A DNA stretch of 53,270 nt, the filler included, from Jimgerdemannia flammicorona (lineage: Eukaryota): NCBI GenBank assembly GCA_003990765.1. It is 3 parts of 3 records of this genome, joined end to end, with 100 filler letters (N's around TTAATTAATTAA, not from the genome) between each part and the next. Parts side by side here need not be neighbours in the genome. Positions count along the whole stretch, not along the records: positions 17,794 to 35,483 come from RBNJ01002450.1; positions 35,584 to 53,270 come from RBNJ01002451.1; 1 more part is not named here. One strand, given 5' to 3'. Under the pieces are notes generated by a model. It had not been told where the DNA came from and searched no databases. It was given only the letters and a program-made list of their open reading frames with translations. Below, in pieces: positions 24,580 through 36,981 of this stretch (position 1 is the stretch's first letter; every line of letters begins with the position of its first letter). A program made the translations under genes and the position numbers.

Positions 24580-25542
24580 CGAATAGACAGGTTAGATTTT
24601 TGATGTGATAGTTTGCAAATGAAATTTCATTATGGCAACAAGCCAAATATGCTTACCTGCCATGCTAGCACACTTTGATCCTGTGATGCGGACAAACAAG
24701 TCGCTTGTGTCTCTATAATTGTATAAACACTGGTGTCAGCACCCCTCATCCATACTCCACGTAGTAGAAAACAATAAAGACCATGACTCCGAAATATAAA
24801 TTCATACCATCAACTTCCAGCCACGCCACATCCTTTACCGGTGCCGTGTGGTCCCTGAAGGTAGAGACGCATTCGCCGGACGTGTTCCATATCCGAACGT
24901 AGTTGTCGTATGACCCGGTGAGAAAGAGACTATGATGTGTTGGTTTGCGAAAGATATATAACTAGCTCACGTTCGATATTTGTTGGCACGCACGGTAAAA
25001 TGAAGTAATGAAAGTATACCTGTGCTGCGAAAATCCTTTGACCGAGCTGATCCAATCGTCGTGCTGGAAAGACGACATGGGCGTCGGGGGGAGCATAGAT
25101 TCCACATACTCAATCGTAATGAGATTTTCCTAGTTGGATTGCAATAAATAAATAAATGTTTCTCATAGTGCCTATGAAATACGATAACCATTGCGTTGAC
25201 GTATCCCGTCGGTGAACCTACCGTCGACAAACCGGCATTCTCCAGGTATTCTGATAGGCTTGTCCGTAGGAACTGACCCTCAATAAGGAAATCAAACGGA
25301 ACGGGGTTTTCTGCAAGATTGGAGGTATGTCAGGATTTAGCTATCATGTCGCGCCAACATATATTACTTGTCAGAGTGCCTGGGGGGGAATACATACCCG
25401 AACCCAACAGGTGGTTCACAATTTCGGACAAGCCATATCGTTTCAACCTGGCGGGAACGAGGATGGCTGAGTCAATGACAGCGTATTTGCGCTGTTGGGT
25501 GACGAAGCGCACCTGCACTTGAGTGACCTCTTCCTGCGACAT
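23512..25542 (-). CDS. YTM1: Ribosome biogenesis protein YTM1/WDR12 (NLE/UBL domain + WD40), multi-exon
   Basis: N-terminus 'QVQVRFVTQ..YAV...ILVPARLKRYGLSEIVNHLL', 'PVPFDFLIEGQFLRTSL'. WD40 repeats 'SGSYDGTCKLWDIRS', 'SGHADKTVRLWDPR'. Several short GT-AG introns. Confidence 0.93.
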
Positions 25543-25713
25543 GGCTCGTGATGGGGTGATGGGTGTAAGATGGAGCAAAGACTTTTTTTTGGTGACTGGC
25601 AGTCGTATCCCGTGATATTAAGGGGGCTTGGTATATATCATGAAATGAAAGATGTCGAAAGTCGAAAACAAAATACATTTTATTGAACAAAAAATCGACT
25701 CCTCGCACTACAT

Positions 25714-27385
25714 CTACTTGTTCGAGTTCGCCCATTCAACCCTCAGGATCAAATTGTCATATCCATATCCGTTAATCGCCTGCAACGCCCGGCCAGCATC
25801 ATCCTTAGTCTGGAATGACACGAACGCGAATCCTTTACACACATTAGTCTCGCGATCACGTGCGAGATAAACGCGGGCGATCTGGCCGAACCGCCGGAAT
25901 AGGTCGTGGATGTCGTTCTCGGTGACGTCCTCGGACAAGTTGGTAACGCGAATGGTGGCCGAGTCGTCGCGCTTCTCGCGGCCCATGGATTCGCCAGTGT
26001 TAGAGCCGCCGGCGCCGGCGCCGCGCATGTGAGGGGCGACGTACTTCTTGGGGCCCGTGACAGTCGAGGGTTCGGGAGAAGCGGCGCGGTCGGGAGTGGC
26101 TGGTGAAAGGCAGTGAGGGTGAGGGTGAGGGTGAGATGGGATTTGTTAACAACAGCTAAAAGCCGCTATGCGTTTCTTGAATGTAATCCAGCATGATACA
26201 CAATGAAACTCGTCGCATTGACAATCTCGATTCCAACTTTCTTGTTTCATTTCTCTCGTCCAAAGCCTTCCTACACACCACTGATACACCCAAGAAAGAA
26301 TAAATATAACCAAAAGACTCACCATCTTTGCCCTCCATAATCTCATCCAGAGGTTGCAGCGAACCCTTGTATGGACACTTGGTTGTAAAATGGTCACCCT
26401 TGCAGATACGGCAGAGAATCTTCTTGTTCTTGAGGATGGCGGCCTTGAGCGCCATATCGGGGTCCTCCTCGGCGGTAGCAGCAGCGATGTCAGCGTGCTA
26501 TAATGGTGGGGAGTTCGGCATAGTTAGTGTTCGAGTAGTATTGAGCAGTTAGTCGGATTTCCAATGTCCTCACAACATGCCTGTTGCGTGGTAATGTTCC
26601 GTTCCAGTGGTTCAATCGTGCATCTTGCCAAATGGCACCATAACAAACATAGTACTCTGGCAAAAGTTCGCGCATATCTCCGACCATCATCCAACGCTCG
26701 TTTGTTAACCAACATAATCCGCAAGCTCTGCTCCAGAATACCAGATCAACGACCCCGATGAATACGACCACCGATCCCTGTGCTCCGCAACCCCAAAAAC
26801 ACACCTTGCCGCCCGTCGATGCCAATTTAAGCCCGACATTCTCGCCCACGGTTGTGGTGCTCATATCCGGCCCAGGCTTTTTGTCACGCTCCTCGCCGAA
26901 TTTGGCCCACTTCTTGCGCTCGGCAACAGCCTTGTTCACGTGTTCTGTGATGAGTTTGGTGCGGATGCGGCGGGTGATCTGAAAGGGATGCGATGGTGAG
27001 TGAAGAAAAAAAAAAAAGGGGGGGGGGAGAGAGCAAAGAGCGGTCGGACGTACCTTAACTTTCTTGCCATCGTCATTGAGGCGATATTCGATGATAGTCT
27101 TGATACCGTTTTCGTCGGTGAAGATTTGCGGGGCGAAAGAATCTGAAGGGATAAATTGTTGTAAATAGAACCGCTCGTACAAAATTGCTCAAGTTCAAGC
27201 GGTAAGACAGTTCACTAAATCTAAATGCATCTACCTTCCTCCTCCTCGACTTCGTCAGCCCAGCTGGCTTTGGGTGGTGCTCTACAATTTATGGATCAAA
27301 AGGGTTCTTAGGCTATAGAGTGACTGATTCTCGGTTCAACAACTGGCTCGACAGTGGGGTGCACGTACATTGCATCGACGGGCAT
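25714..27385 (-). CDS. TIF35: Eukaryotic translation initiation factor 3 subunit G, multi-exon
   Basis: 'SWADEVEE', 'DENGIKTIIEYRLNDDGKKVK', 'VAERKKWAKFG', Zn-binding 'CRICKGDHFTTKCPYK', RRM 'TIRVTNLSED...KGFAFVSF...GYGYDNLILRVEWA'. Confidence 0.95.
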
Positions 27386-27441
27386 GATGTGATCTCTGGC
27401 TGGCTCAAAGGAAGTGACGAATAAAAGAGGTCGCCAGCCAC

Positions 27442-27452
27442 TGAAAATTTTT
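27442..27452. promoter_or_regulatory. RRPE-like motif upstream of eIF3g
   Basis: TGAAAATTTTT matches the fungal RRPE consensus TGAAAAWTTTT, ~60 bp upstream of the eIF3g ATG. Confidence 0.45.
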
Positions 27453-27693
27453 GGATTGCGTCACCCCGTCACTCATTAATTAGCATTTGCTCAAATTGTA
27501 ACATTGCTTGTCGAGAGGTTCATCTCACCAATTTTTATCGAATTTTCATGTCGATTATCGTATTTTGACACTTGTTCACTCTACTTGTTTCGTTTATTGC
27601 ACTTGTCAACATTATACGTCGGATATCAGTTTAAATACTGATGACTGGAACCAATCTCCTCTGAAACGAGTTCGCATGTTACAATGTCGAATT

Positions 27694-29409
27694 CTAGGCG
27701 CGGGCCTTCACCTCGCCCTCGAAAACTTCGCCGAGGTTCCCAGCCGCCTTGGCAGCCTCGAGTTTCTTTCTCAACGCCTCCAACTCCTCCAACGGCTTCA
27801 CTTTCTCCAATAAGCTGTCCAGCTTGTTCAGCTGCGCCTCGACCTGAGCCGCGGACGCTTCGGGCGAACCAGGCGGCAGAGCAAAATTATTATCCTTGAT
27901 AACGGACTTGATAGTTTTCTTCTCCTTCTTGATGACGCGCTTCGCGGCCTCCTTGTCCTTCTTGGCATTCTCCGCCATCGCCTTGGCATCGGCATCAGCC
28001 TTCTCCTTGGCCAAGCGATCCTCCTCGGCTTTGCGCGCAGCCTCCTCGGCAGCTGCCTTCTCGGCCCTCTCCTTCTCGTTCTTTTTGGCGTTGCGGCGAA
28101 GCTTATCTTCCTCTTTGAACTTCCGGATGCGGGGGTCGACGCTTAGGGCAGTGTCGACGAGCTTGATGAGGCGCGCGTTGTCCTCTTTCTTGAGCTTGGC
28201 GCGTTCGGCGCGGTTCTTTTTTTCTTGGAAACGCTTGTTGTCGCGGCTAGATTCGTCAAGGGAACAAGGTACGTATACAATGGGTTTCTCAGAATCGGGG
28301 CGAACCGCTCACGGAAAACGAATAAGCCCAAATTCGCTGAACAGGAAAAACCATGATCACTCACTTGTCACCGTCCACGTCCTCCTTGTCCAGCCATTCG
28401 AAGCTCCTCCACGAATCAAAGTTGTGCCAGAAGGCGTAGAACTCCTCGACCTCATTATGTGGGGTGTTGATATCGCCGAGCTGAGGCACGGGCTGCTTGT
28501 TGGAGAAGCGGGCCTCGCGCTCGAAGACAGGTCTCCAGAGCTTGAAGAAGTCGCCACTAGCCTTAGCGGATGGCACGTTCGTATCCTCGTCTGCCATGCC
28601 GAAGTCGACGGAGTCGTACTGGCGGCGTTTGACGGGGTCCATTAGGGTGTCGAAGGCCCTTTGGATGCACTTGAAGAAAGCGTCATCGTTGAGGCCGCCG
28701 GTGGCGGCCTTCTTATCGGGGTGATGCTTGAGGACCTTGCGGCGATCTAGCGTCACATTTCAACGAGGAGTAATAAGACGACCAATTAAGAGATGAGCGA
28801 TGTGAATCGTTACTTACGAGCAATCTTGATCTGCGCTTCGGTGGCTTTGTACCTCAGCTTGGTGAGGCCCAGGATGGCGTAATGATCCTGGGTCTGTAAA
28901 TCAATGATCGTCATGTTTTGTAAATCAAGATGCCGTATTTGTCTCCATGGTAATAGATCCTTACAGTCCGAAATCCTTACAAATTTGCCGATCGAGCAAA
29001 AAAAAAAAAAAAAAAACTCCCGAAGCTAAACGGTGAGATTCAAGTTACCTTCCAATCCTTGGGATCCCTCTGCAGCTGACTGTAATACTCGGGCTCCTCC
29101 TCGAGCTCGACCTCCTCTTCCATTTCAACCCTGCTCGCCTTCTCCTCGGCAAGGTGGCGCTCATCCTCGGAGAAGGTGCGGTTGTGACGCTTTCTGCGAG
29201 CGTAGGCGTGGAAGTGGGGACCAACGGGCTCAATTATACGAGGAGCAGCGGCTGTAAATGACAGTGTCAGCAGGTGTATGGTGACAGCTCACGATGCTAA
29301 AGTTTGTCAGTAGACACTTGCCAGAAATCGGCTTGTGAACAACCGAGGATGAGGTTTGAGACCAAGTATCGGGAGGGGGAGGCAGCAAGAAGTCCAAGAC
29401 AAGCGTCAT
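27694..29409 (-). CDS. ZUO1: Zuotin (ribosome-associated J-domain chaperone, DNAJC2 family, fungal type without SANT domains)
   Basis: 'EPVGPHFHAYARRKRHNRTFSEDER', 'QDHYAILGL', J-domain 'KHHPDKKA', 'FEREARFS', 'FWHNFDSWRSFEWLD', charged helical region. First intron (29252-29321) has a GC donor. Confidence 0.95.
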
Positions 29410-30342
29410 TTTCGTTTGGGTAGAATGGAGTCGTTCAAACCTCGGTTAGGTATATACACGAAAACGAAATCGGCTGGTCACATGATGTTACGGCTTTTTG
29501 TTATAGTCTCCTTTGTCGTGTGTGAATATTTTCAACCCATCCTCTCGCTATTAGACATCGTTGAGATTCGAGAGTTATTTCCCACAGTTCAAATAGTTTC
29601 CTGTATTGCAAACTCCCCACAATTACCCAATTATAGCACCGGCAAAGAGTTTTCGCGACCCATACGAGCCGGAATAAAATAACTGCTTGGTCTTGAACCA
29701 TCCTCCCTGTTCAATGACACCCGTTGACATTTTGGCAACTGTTGTCTCGTGTGCTCGGCGAAGGCTCTCCATTCATGTCACCAAAGGGGCTGAAGCTCCC
29801 AGCGTAAGTACGATGTCAAAGAGCTAACTCGAAAAGGATAGTTGATTTTTCTGCCTGTGTGTATATAGTAATTACATTGTGTATACCACGATCTAAAAAT
29901 ATTGCAATTTCGCGTGTTCAATACGTAGCAGCATCATAATAATGTCATCGAATGCATCGCGAGAGTAAGAAGCAGCACGATTGCGCTCTTCACAATAACG
30001 TTTTGTTATTTATATATATTATTTAAAAATAACCTTCTGCATGCGATGTCCGTTATCCCCTTCATGAGGAAATTTTAGAACCACTCTGGCAGCCCTTCAC
30101 AAGTCATGCGCGATATCTTCACGCTTGGCGGACTCATTCTTTCACACTTTGATGCCCGTCTGCCCTTTCAATTCACTTCCAATACCACCTCCTCCCTTCA
30201 CAACCAATCCATCTCTGTGCAATGAAGGCAAGCGAAAATATCCACATCAAAAACATCCTGCCCTATCGTTTCGGGCCCTAATGGCATTTTCCGTCATTTC
30301 GCCTCTCCCTAAATAACCTACCTTCCACACACCCTCGCCAAC

Positions 30343-30834
30343 ATAGTTCTCTACTGTCTCCGCCGTCGTTGCTCTTCTTTCCACCTCCGTAGCCGCCGAT
30401 TTTGATGGATCGTCCCGAACAGCACGACGATCTGGAAACTTGGTGAACGCGTCAAACTCTTGTGGAAAGATGATGGCACGAGTCCGCACGTCACGGATAG
30501 GAAGAAGATCGAAGTCTCTCTCGCGAACGGCGGCCATGCCGTCAATTGGAAGTAGGTGGATCCTTTACGCATTTATTCTGGTCCGGCACTCATTTAAATT
30601 TAAATGTGTATTCATCGCGAATTCCTGCCTCGCTTATAGCGACGTTGCCGACATCGCCACATTTAACTTCTCGATTCCATATGTCGAATGGACAGTCGAC
30701 CCCACCCTGCCTCCTGGCCGATACTGGACTGTAAGTATTTGTAAATTAATTGGTATCAATCTTACGATCGTCTGAGACATCCCGACGGCACCGGCAACCA
30801 CTACTGGAGCGATTATTTCAACATCACTGCCTGA
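30343..30834 (+). pseudogene. Disrupted small secreted protein of Kre9/Knh1-N (Ser-Thr-rich GPI-anchored) type
   Basis: Signal-like 'FSTVSAVVALLSTSVAADF' (start codon damaged), frameshift, then 'IVPNSTTIWKLGERVKLLWKDDGTSP', intron, 'YVEWTVDPTLPPGRYWT', GTAAGT intron with damaged acceptor, 'HPDGTGNHYWSDYFNITA*'. Confidence 0.6.
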
Positions 30835-31346
30835 AGATCGTAGCCAGGCTGGGTAGCACCATTTGGTTGAGAATGTATTTATTATCTCTTGCCAAGCATA
30901 TATAGCCAAGCAATTATAACCAGAAATAAAGTATAGGAATTTTGAAAAGCATCACCCCTTGTCCAATAGGAGATTGCGATGACGTCGTCATCTTGAGCTT
31001 CTCTATCTTGAAGTGTGCATCCGATGGTGACCGACATACACGGAATAAAAAGAGCAAGCCTGCAGGTTAACCACAGTGCCCCACGGCTGTGGGAACCACT
31101 CAAACTTCAGCGATCATAAGTCATCTCTAAATGTATCGATGCACCTCACATTATGTCGTGTATGCATATATGCAGAAATGGAAAAGATTAATGGTCAGAT
31201 AATTATGTAGATATGGTTCATTTTATGATATATGCTTTAGTGTAGAACATTGTTATTAACACCATTTATATTGCATGTAAATTTTATATTAACAACTTCA
31301 ACAACCACAGTCAAATATAATTAGGGGAGGCAAAGGTTGATATTTG

Positions 31347-31431
<85 letters not shown>

Positions 31432-31949
31432 TTGACAATTTCTATAAGTGGAGATGCACCAAAATAAAATAAAATAAAAATAAAAACTTGGCTACAGCTA
31501 GCTTCTATATGTAGCTTATTATCAATCGCCTTCCCATCAAATGGCCTGGAGTCGGGAGGATTGCAAGACGGCATGATGTATAAGTAAGTAGAGGCTGACC
31601 AACCCTATTTCCTGGTGGTTTATGGGTAATGCGGTTTTGTATTTAAAAGATTTGTTGAGTCCAACAAATTGCACTGCATACTGTGCGTTTCATTGAATGT
31701 GACCGTCGGTGTGCTAGAATGGTTTCTGCAGGCGGCAAAGATTGAAGACTGGGATGGATGAGCGCATCAAAGGGTTCTCGTGAGCGGTGGATGGCACCCT
31801 TGAGGATTGTGGGCGGGGCGTTTGCCGTGGTGGATGGTGAAACGATTGACTACTTTATTTTTTCAGACAATGGTTCTGACTTTTCAGCACTCTGCCCACA
31901 CCCATTTCGCCGGCATTAACCCCTCTTGCCACTCAAAAAACCATACGTC

Positions 31950-32140
31950 CTACACATCCTCCTCCTCACGGTCCTCGACCTCTGCCTCACGTTCAATTAG
32001 ATATCCTCGATCCCCCACGAACTTGGACAGCACCTCGCACAGTAGCAGACCCTCGTCGCGGAAGGCGAGCGGTTCTGGCGTGACGTACGTTTTCGGGAAA
32101 ATTAGGATATCGGCAAGATTGAGGATGCGTTCGACTTGGC
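31950..32140 (-). other. Possible terminal exon of an unidentified gene or pseudogene
   Basis: Pyrimidine-rich acceptor (..CATCACAG) followed by coding-like 'QVERILNLADILIFPK...EDREEEDV*'. Upstream exons not resolved. Confidence 0.3.
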
Positions 32141-33025
32141 TGTGATGTAAGAATAGGAGGCAGAACAAATCAAAGTCATATATATGTGATCGGAAAAGGA
32201 GGTGTCAAAAACAAACCGCGGTACGGGCTCGTACACGTAGATGTGTGTATGTGAGTTATTAACCGTAACGCATCGCGGATAGGCTGTTCGACCTTTCCTA
32301 CCTGCAATTTTGAACGGCGCTGATATATTACTGATCTGCCAAACAACACAGCACTAGGAAAGATAGCCGGTATAAAATAACTTTTATTTTTCCCTATACG
32401 GGTGAAATCCTACTGAACCGGGTGTGTAAGGCCTTGAACCACCCTCCTGGTTCAACAACACATGCCGTTGCATTTTGGCATTCTATAAACCACACCACGT
32501 GACCAATTTTTGGTGACTGCTACCATAATCCAATCCTCAGCATGGTGACATCATCATGTAAAAATTTGCATCTAAACATCGTCCTCGAATGTTGTCAAAA
32601 TCTTTATGAGTCTTCTGCCTCTCGCCAAGCATATAACTGGACTGTCCCTATTATCTGTTGCAATACCAAAAGTTGACTAGATACATATATATATATGTAT
32701 TGGGCTAGAACCTTAATCTGAAGTCAACCTCTTTGAGTACTATTGATAATAAACTACCATTTGCCCTGTGAGACTGCAAGAAACTCTGCTGCATTTTTTT
32801 TTTTTTTTTTAATACACTTTAATTGGGTTTTGGGTTTAGATAATTTTCATATTTCATGGAGGAAAAGTTTATTTTGCCAGAATTTATATTTTGAAGCTGA
32901 AGTTGATGGTTCTCAAGTTATTATAACTGAGTTAAAAATCCTGAAGGGGAAGCTAACTGGCTTTTTATTTTTTTATTATCTCATTTGAGATATCCTTTAA
33001 AAACTCCCATTTCAATTTCTTCCAT

Positions 33026-33448
33026 CATCTCAATCGTCGGTCGTTCGGCGTTCCATCTCAATCGTCGTTCCGTCATCTCAATCGTCGTTCGGCGTTCCAT
33101 CTCAATCGTCGTTCCGTCATCTCAATTGTCATTCCGTCTCAATCGTCGTCCCGTCTCAATCGTCGATCCGCGTTCCATCTCAATCTTCGTTCGGCGTTCC
33201 ATCTCAACCGTCGTTCGGCGTTCCATCTCAATCGTCGTTCGGCGTTCCATGTCGTTCCGTCATCTCAATCGTCGTTCCGCGTTCCATCTCAATCGTCATT
33301 CCGTCATCTCAATCTTCGTTCGGCGTTCCATCTCAACCGTCGTTCGGCGTTCCATCTCAATTGTCGTTCCGTCATCTCAATCGTCGTTCCGCGTTCCATC
33401 TCAATCGTCGTTCCGCGTTCCATCTCAATCGTCGTTCCGCGTTCATCT
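33026..33448. repeat. CpG-rich minisatellite, ~19 units of CATCTCAATCGTCGTTC(GGCGTTC/CGT)
   Basis: 24-bp units (CATCTCAATCGTCGTTCGGCGTTC) interspersed with 20-bp and 17-bp variants. Confidence 0.95.
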
Positions 33449-33974
33449 ATAATTGGACTCAGAAAAAGGCTGATAATCTCAGAATAAAAAAACTAGTCTA
33501 AAAATACTAGACTTACTAAAAACACAAATATGATAACTCGACTAACTCTTAAAGAAGAAATCTGGTACACAAAGCTAGAACAGTGCTATACCCAAGAGGA
33601 TGCTGTCCTTATAGTATTCCAATATACTGAGCTGAACATCTCAACAAGTGCTACTCTTGTCTCAATGAATTAGTTTAAAGGAGACTAGCCAGAGAGGTGA
33701 AAAAGGCCAAAGAAGTCAAACAGACTTCTGAAACCTCTAAATATATAAAAGATCCAGAGTGGTCAAACTCTGATCTAGAGTCTAACATTATTTGGAATAT
33801 ATAAAACATTATGTCATAAGTTCCAAATAAAATTCAGAATACTTATATTGTAATTTTATTACACCCCAAAGTCACAAGGATGATGTAATAAGAATTACAT
33901 CGCGAATGAACTTTGACGACAAACCGCGATACGGTGATCACGTGAGCCAGTGATGACGTCACGAACAAGCGAGG

Positions 33975-35483
33975 CTATGGCATCAGGCACCTTTCTCTGC
34001 TACCATTCACATTACACAAACAACTCACTACACTTTTCGCGCAGTTTATTGGAGAAAGGCATTAACAGCATATTGAAGAATAAGAGATCTGATAGATGTG
34101 CTAGAGCATTTGACTGACTATAATGAAATTACATTCTAATATCATAAAGGATGATATCATCAAGCTGACATCATCAGATTCATGTCACCAGCAAGGTTAC
34201 ATGCTAGAAAAACCAAGAATATTAGTGAGATCATAATGATTTTGCACTAATTTCAACCCTCTTCAGCTAGTAATATTATAATAGTTATATTAGTCTTTAT
34301 ATTAGTTTATATAAACTCATAAGGATATTATCTTTCTGAGAGTAGAGGGGAAACTGCTGATGGTGATATGACTGGAAATCTGGAAAAAAATCCAGATGTG
34401 ACTGCTGATGGAAGAGCTGGGCAGATGGGCCCAAAGAGGAAGAGGGATTTAGCAGATAGTATGATGGGGCTGGTGATAGCACTATTACTCAAGAAGTCAA
34501 TCTTGGAGTTTGTAGCAACCTTGTGCTTCCAGGGCCTAGCAGTGACAGTGAGGATGGTTCTGGGGATTATCTCAAAGTAAATGATAAGAGTTATCTCTAT
34601 GAAGTTTCTGAAGGGATTAGAGAGAGTAGAGGTGAGTTTTGAGAAGGCAGGTTTACTGGAGGAGGTATTGAAGACTGGAGTAGTTGTAGGAGAGGTGGTA
34701 GTACCTATGGTGCAGTGCTTGAGGTGGGACCCCAGAGTGGTTCAGCTACTGGTGAAGGGGGTGCTAACAGTAATAACTATAGAGATCAGGAGGAGGATTG
34801 AGAAGGTAATAGTAGAATATAGTGATATGGTAGATATTAGATTTCAGATGTGGGAGGGGACTACTTTCAGGACTGAAGATATAGATGTCCAGATTCAGCT
34901 GGCTGAGAAAGAGGCCACTGAGAAGGTGAGCAACTGGCCTTCAGTCATACTGTAGGGAGCTTTCATCTGCAAGGTATTGAGAGTGAAGAGGAGTAAAGAA
35001 GAGGAGGAGGATCCATTGGAGGCTCTAGAAGAGAGGAGTAGAGTAGTCAAGAGAAGAGCTAGTGGGGACTTTTGGATAGCAGTAGGGGACTGGCTGGGTG
35101 TGGTGAGGAGGCCAGATAGAGAGAGAGGTTACTGGGAGAATTTGAAATCTTATTTAGTGGAGAGTATTGGTAATGGTTGGCTCACTGTAGGGTGGGTTTT
35201 AGCAGTGTGGGTAGGGCTGGCTGGACATTGGCTCTTTGTTTTTGAGGAGGGACAACAGATAGATGTCCAGGAGAAGTTGTTAAGGTAGGAGGGGTTGTTG
35301 GGTAATTTGCTGACTAGGTGGTGAATTGGTTGGAGTCCCCAGAGTGGGCAATGTTGCCAACTGATAGAAGGGATCTGTAAACAGAGTGGTGGGCAAGTGG
35401 TGCTTATGTCTGACAAAGTGGTCTTTCATTGCAAGAGAGTGGGGGGGGAAGGAGGTGGTGGTGGGGAGTCCTCTAGGGAGATA
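33975..35483 (+). mobile_element. LINE 5' end and degenerate ORF1 (same family as copies at 975-8890), cut by contig end
   Basis: 5' segment matches the reverse complement of 8760-8890. ORF1-like 34368-34955 'LLLKKSILEFVATL...VEVSFEK...IVEYSDMVDIRFQMWEGTTFRT'. Sequence after ~35050 may belong to another element. Confidence 0.7.
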
Positions 35484-35583
35484 NNNNNNNNNNNNNNNNN
35501 NNNNNNNNNNNNNNNNNNNNNNNNNNNTTAATTAATTAANNNNNNNNNNNNNNNNNNNNNNNNNNNNNNNNNNNNNNNNNNNN
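35484..35583. other. Artificial contig-join linker (N44-TTAATTAATTAA-N44)
   Basis: Identical in structure to 17694-17793. Confidence 0.97.
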
Positions 35584-35589
35584 AAAAAG

Positions 35590-35625
<36 letters not shown>

Positions 35626-35627
<2 letters not shown>

Positions 35628-36981
35628 ATCAATGAAGTAAAGGTGGCATTACACAAGAAGTTCAAGATGACAGATATGGGTGATGCATCTTTCCTTTTGG
35701 GGATATCCATCATACATTACAGGAGTGTGTATACTATATACCTAAGCCAAGAAGTCTACATTCAGACAATACTTGAGCGATTTGGCATGAGCAAGTGCAA
35801 GCCAGTCGGAACACCGATGGAGATGTCTGTGAGGTTAAAGATGTCTGGAACTATGCTCGAAAATAACAACATCTCCTATCAACAAGCTGTGGGATCCCTC
35901 ATGTATCTTATGCTTGGGATAAGACCTGACATATCGTTTGCAGTCAACAAAGTGGCACAATACTCATCATGCTACAATAATTCGCATTGGATGGTAGTTA
36001 AGCACATTCTTTGATACATCAAAGGAACCACAGACTATACGCTCAGTTTGGGTAGTGATAATGGGCAAAGTGGGAGTACTATATGCCTACTCGGTTCTTG
36101 TAACGCCGATTGGGCCGGTGACTTAGATGACAGAAGGTCTACAACTGGATATATCTTTAAAGTAAACAATGGAGCCATTTTATGGCAAACGCATAAGCAA
36201 CCTTCAGTGGTAACATCCTCTACACAAGCAGAATATCAAGCATTGTCAATGGCAACAAAGGAGGCTATCTGGCTTCAAGAACTGTTAAAGGAGCTGGGAT
36301 ACAAGCAATGGCACTCTACGCTACTCCAGTAAGATAACCAATCAATGATTGCTTTGGTGAAGAACCCTATACATTATGCCAGAATGAAACACATTGACAT
36401 ACAGCATTATTTCATATATAAATGTGTGGAAAACAGCACTATACACCTTGAATACACCCCAACAGAATATATGACAGCAGATTCATTGACTAAAGCCCTT
36501 CCAAAGACAAAGTTTGACTTCTATATGCAAGGAATGGGTATTACAGGACTCTACGCTAATAATTAAGGACAATTCAGGATGAGATAGGATAATAGAGTGA
36601 TAGCAAGCTTCTTTAACATTGATTCCTGCATTGGTGATTTCTACCAACATTACTCATCTACGAATGTTCACATTTCTACTTTTCAACCTATTTTTCGAGC
36701 TTTAAGCAGGCAATTCAGGTATTTTTCGGTTTCTAGATAGTGGTCTGAACATTACAGCGAGATTTGCAGTGGTTATAGCTTAGTATTGCAGTTTGGGAAT
36801 TTGCATATCTCATTGAGTGGGAGTATTGTAATATGTAGGTTACAACTTGATATATGGTGGCGCAGCCCTTCTTGACTACGTCATCATGTAAACATCACTA
36901 ATTGCGATGTATACATAAAAGCACGTAAGAATTAGCAATAAACAGTTAGCTTACTCCCTCCATTCCAAGTATTCCACAACA
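35626..36981 (+). mobile_element. Ty1/Copia retrotransposon 3' part (RT C-terminus, RNase H, PPT, 158-bp 3' LTR 36824-36981)
   Basis: 'FKMTDMG..SFLLGI', 'YQQAVGSLMYL..RPDISFAV', 'ADWAGDLDDRRSTTGY', 'SSTQAEY', 'KHIDI..', 'ADSLTK'. PPT GAGTGGGAG, then T(A)TTG...CAACA. Premature stops. Confidence 0.93.

Noticed and set aside
26100..26800. Intronic snoRNAs in the longer eIF3g introns (also CCP1 intron 1)
   Set aside because: Only isolated H/ACA- or C-box-like words; no paired C/D boxes or convincing two-hairpin fold by eye. A Rfam/snoscan run would settle it.
27896..28645. 249-aa plus-strand ORF (likewise 22528-23178, 18895-19392, 46292-46807)
   Set aside because: Antisense shadows of real coding regions with biased codon usage.
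31347..31429. Long poly-A as a retrocopy tail (also runs at 17627-17693, 17794-17855, 35591-35624)
   Set aside because: No adjacent processed gene or TSD recognised; several runs sit at contig ends and their lengths are unreliable.
33026..33448. CRISPR-like array, or the 155-aa ORF 32985-33452
   Set aside because: Units are contiguous with no unique spacers, there are no cas genes and the context is eukaryotic. The ORF is a by-product of the repeat.
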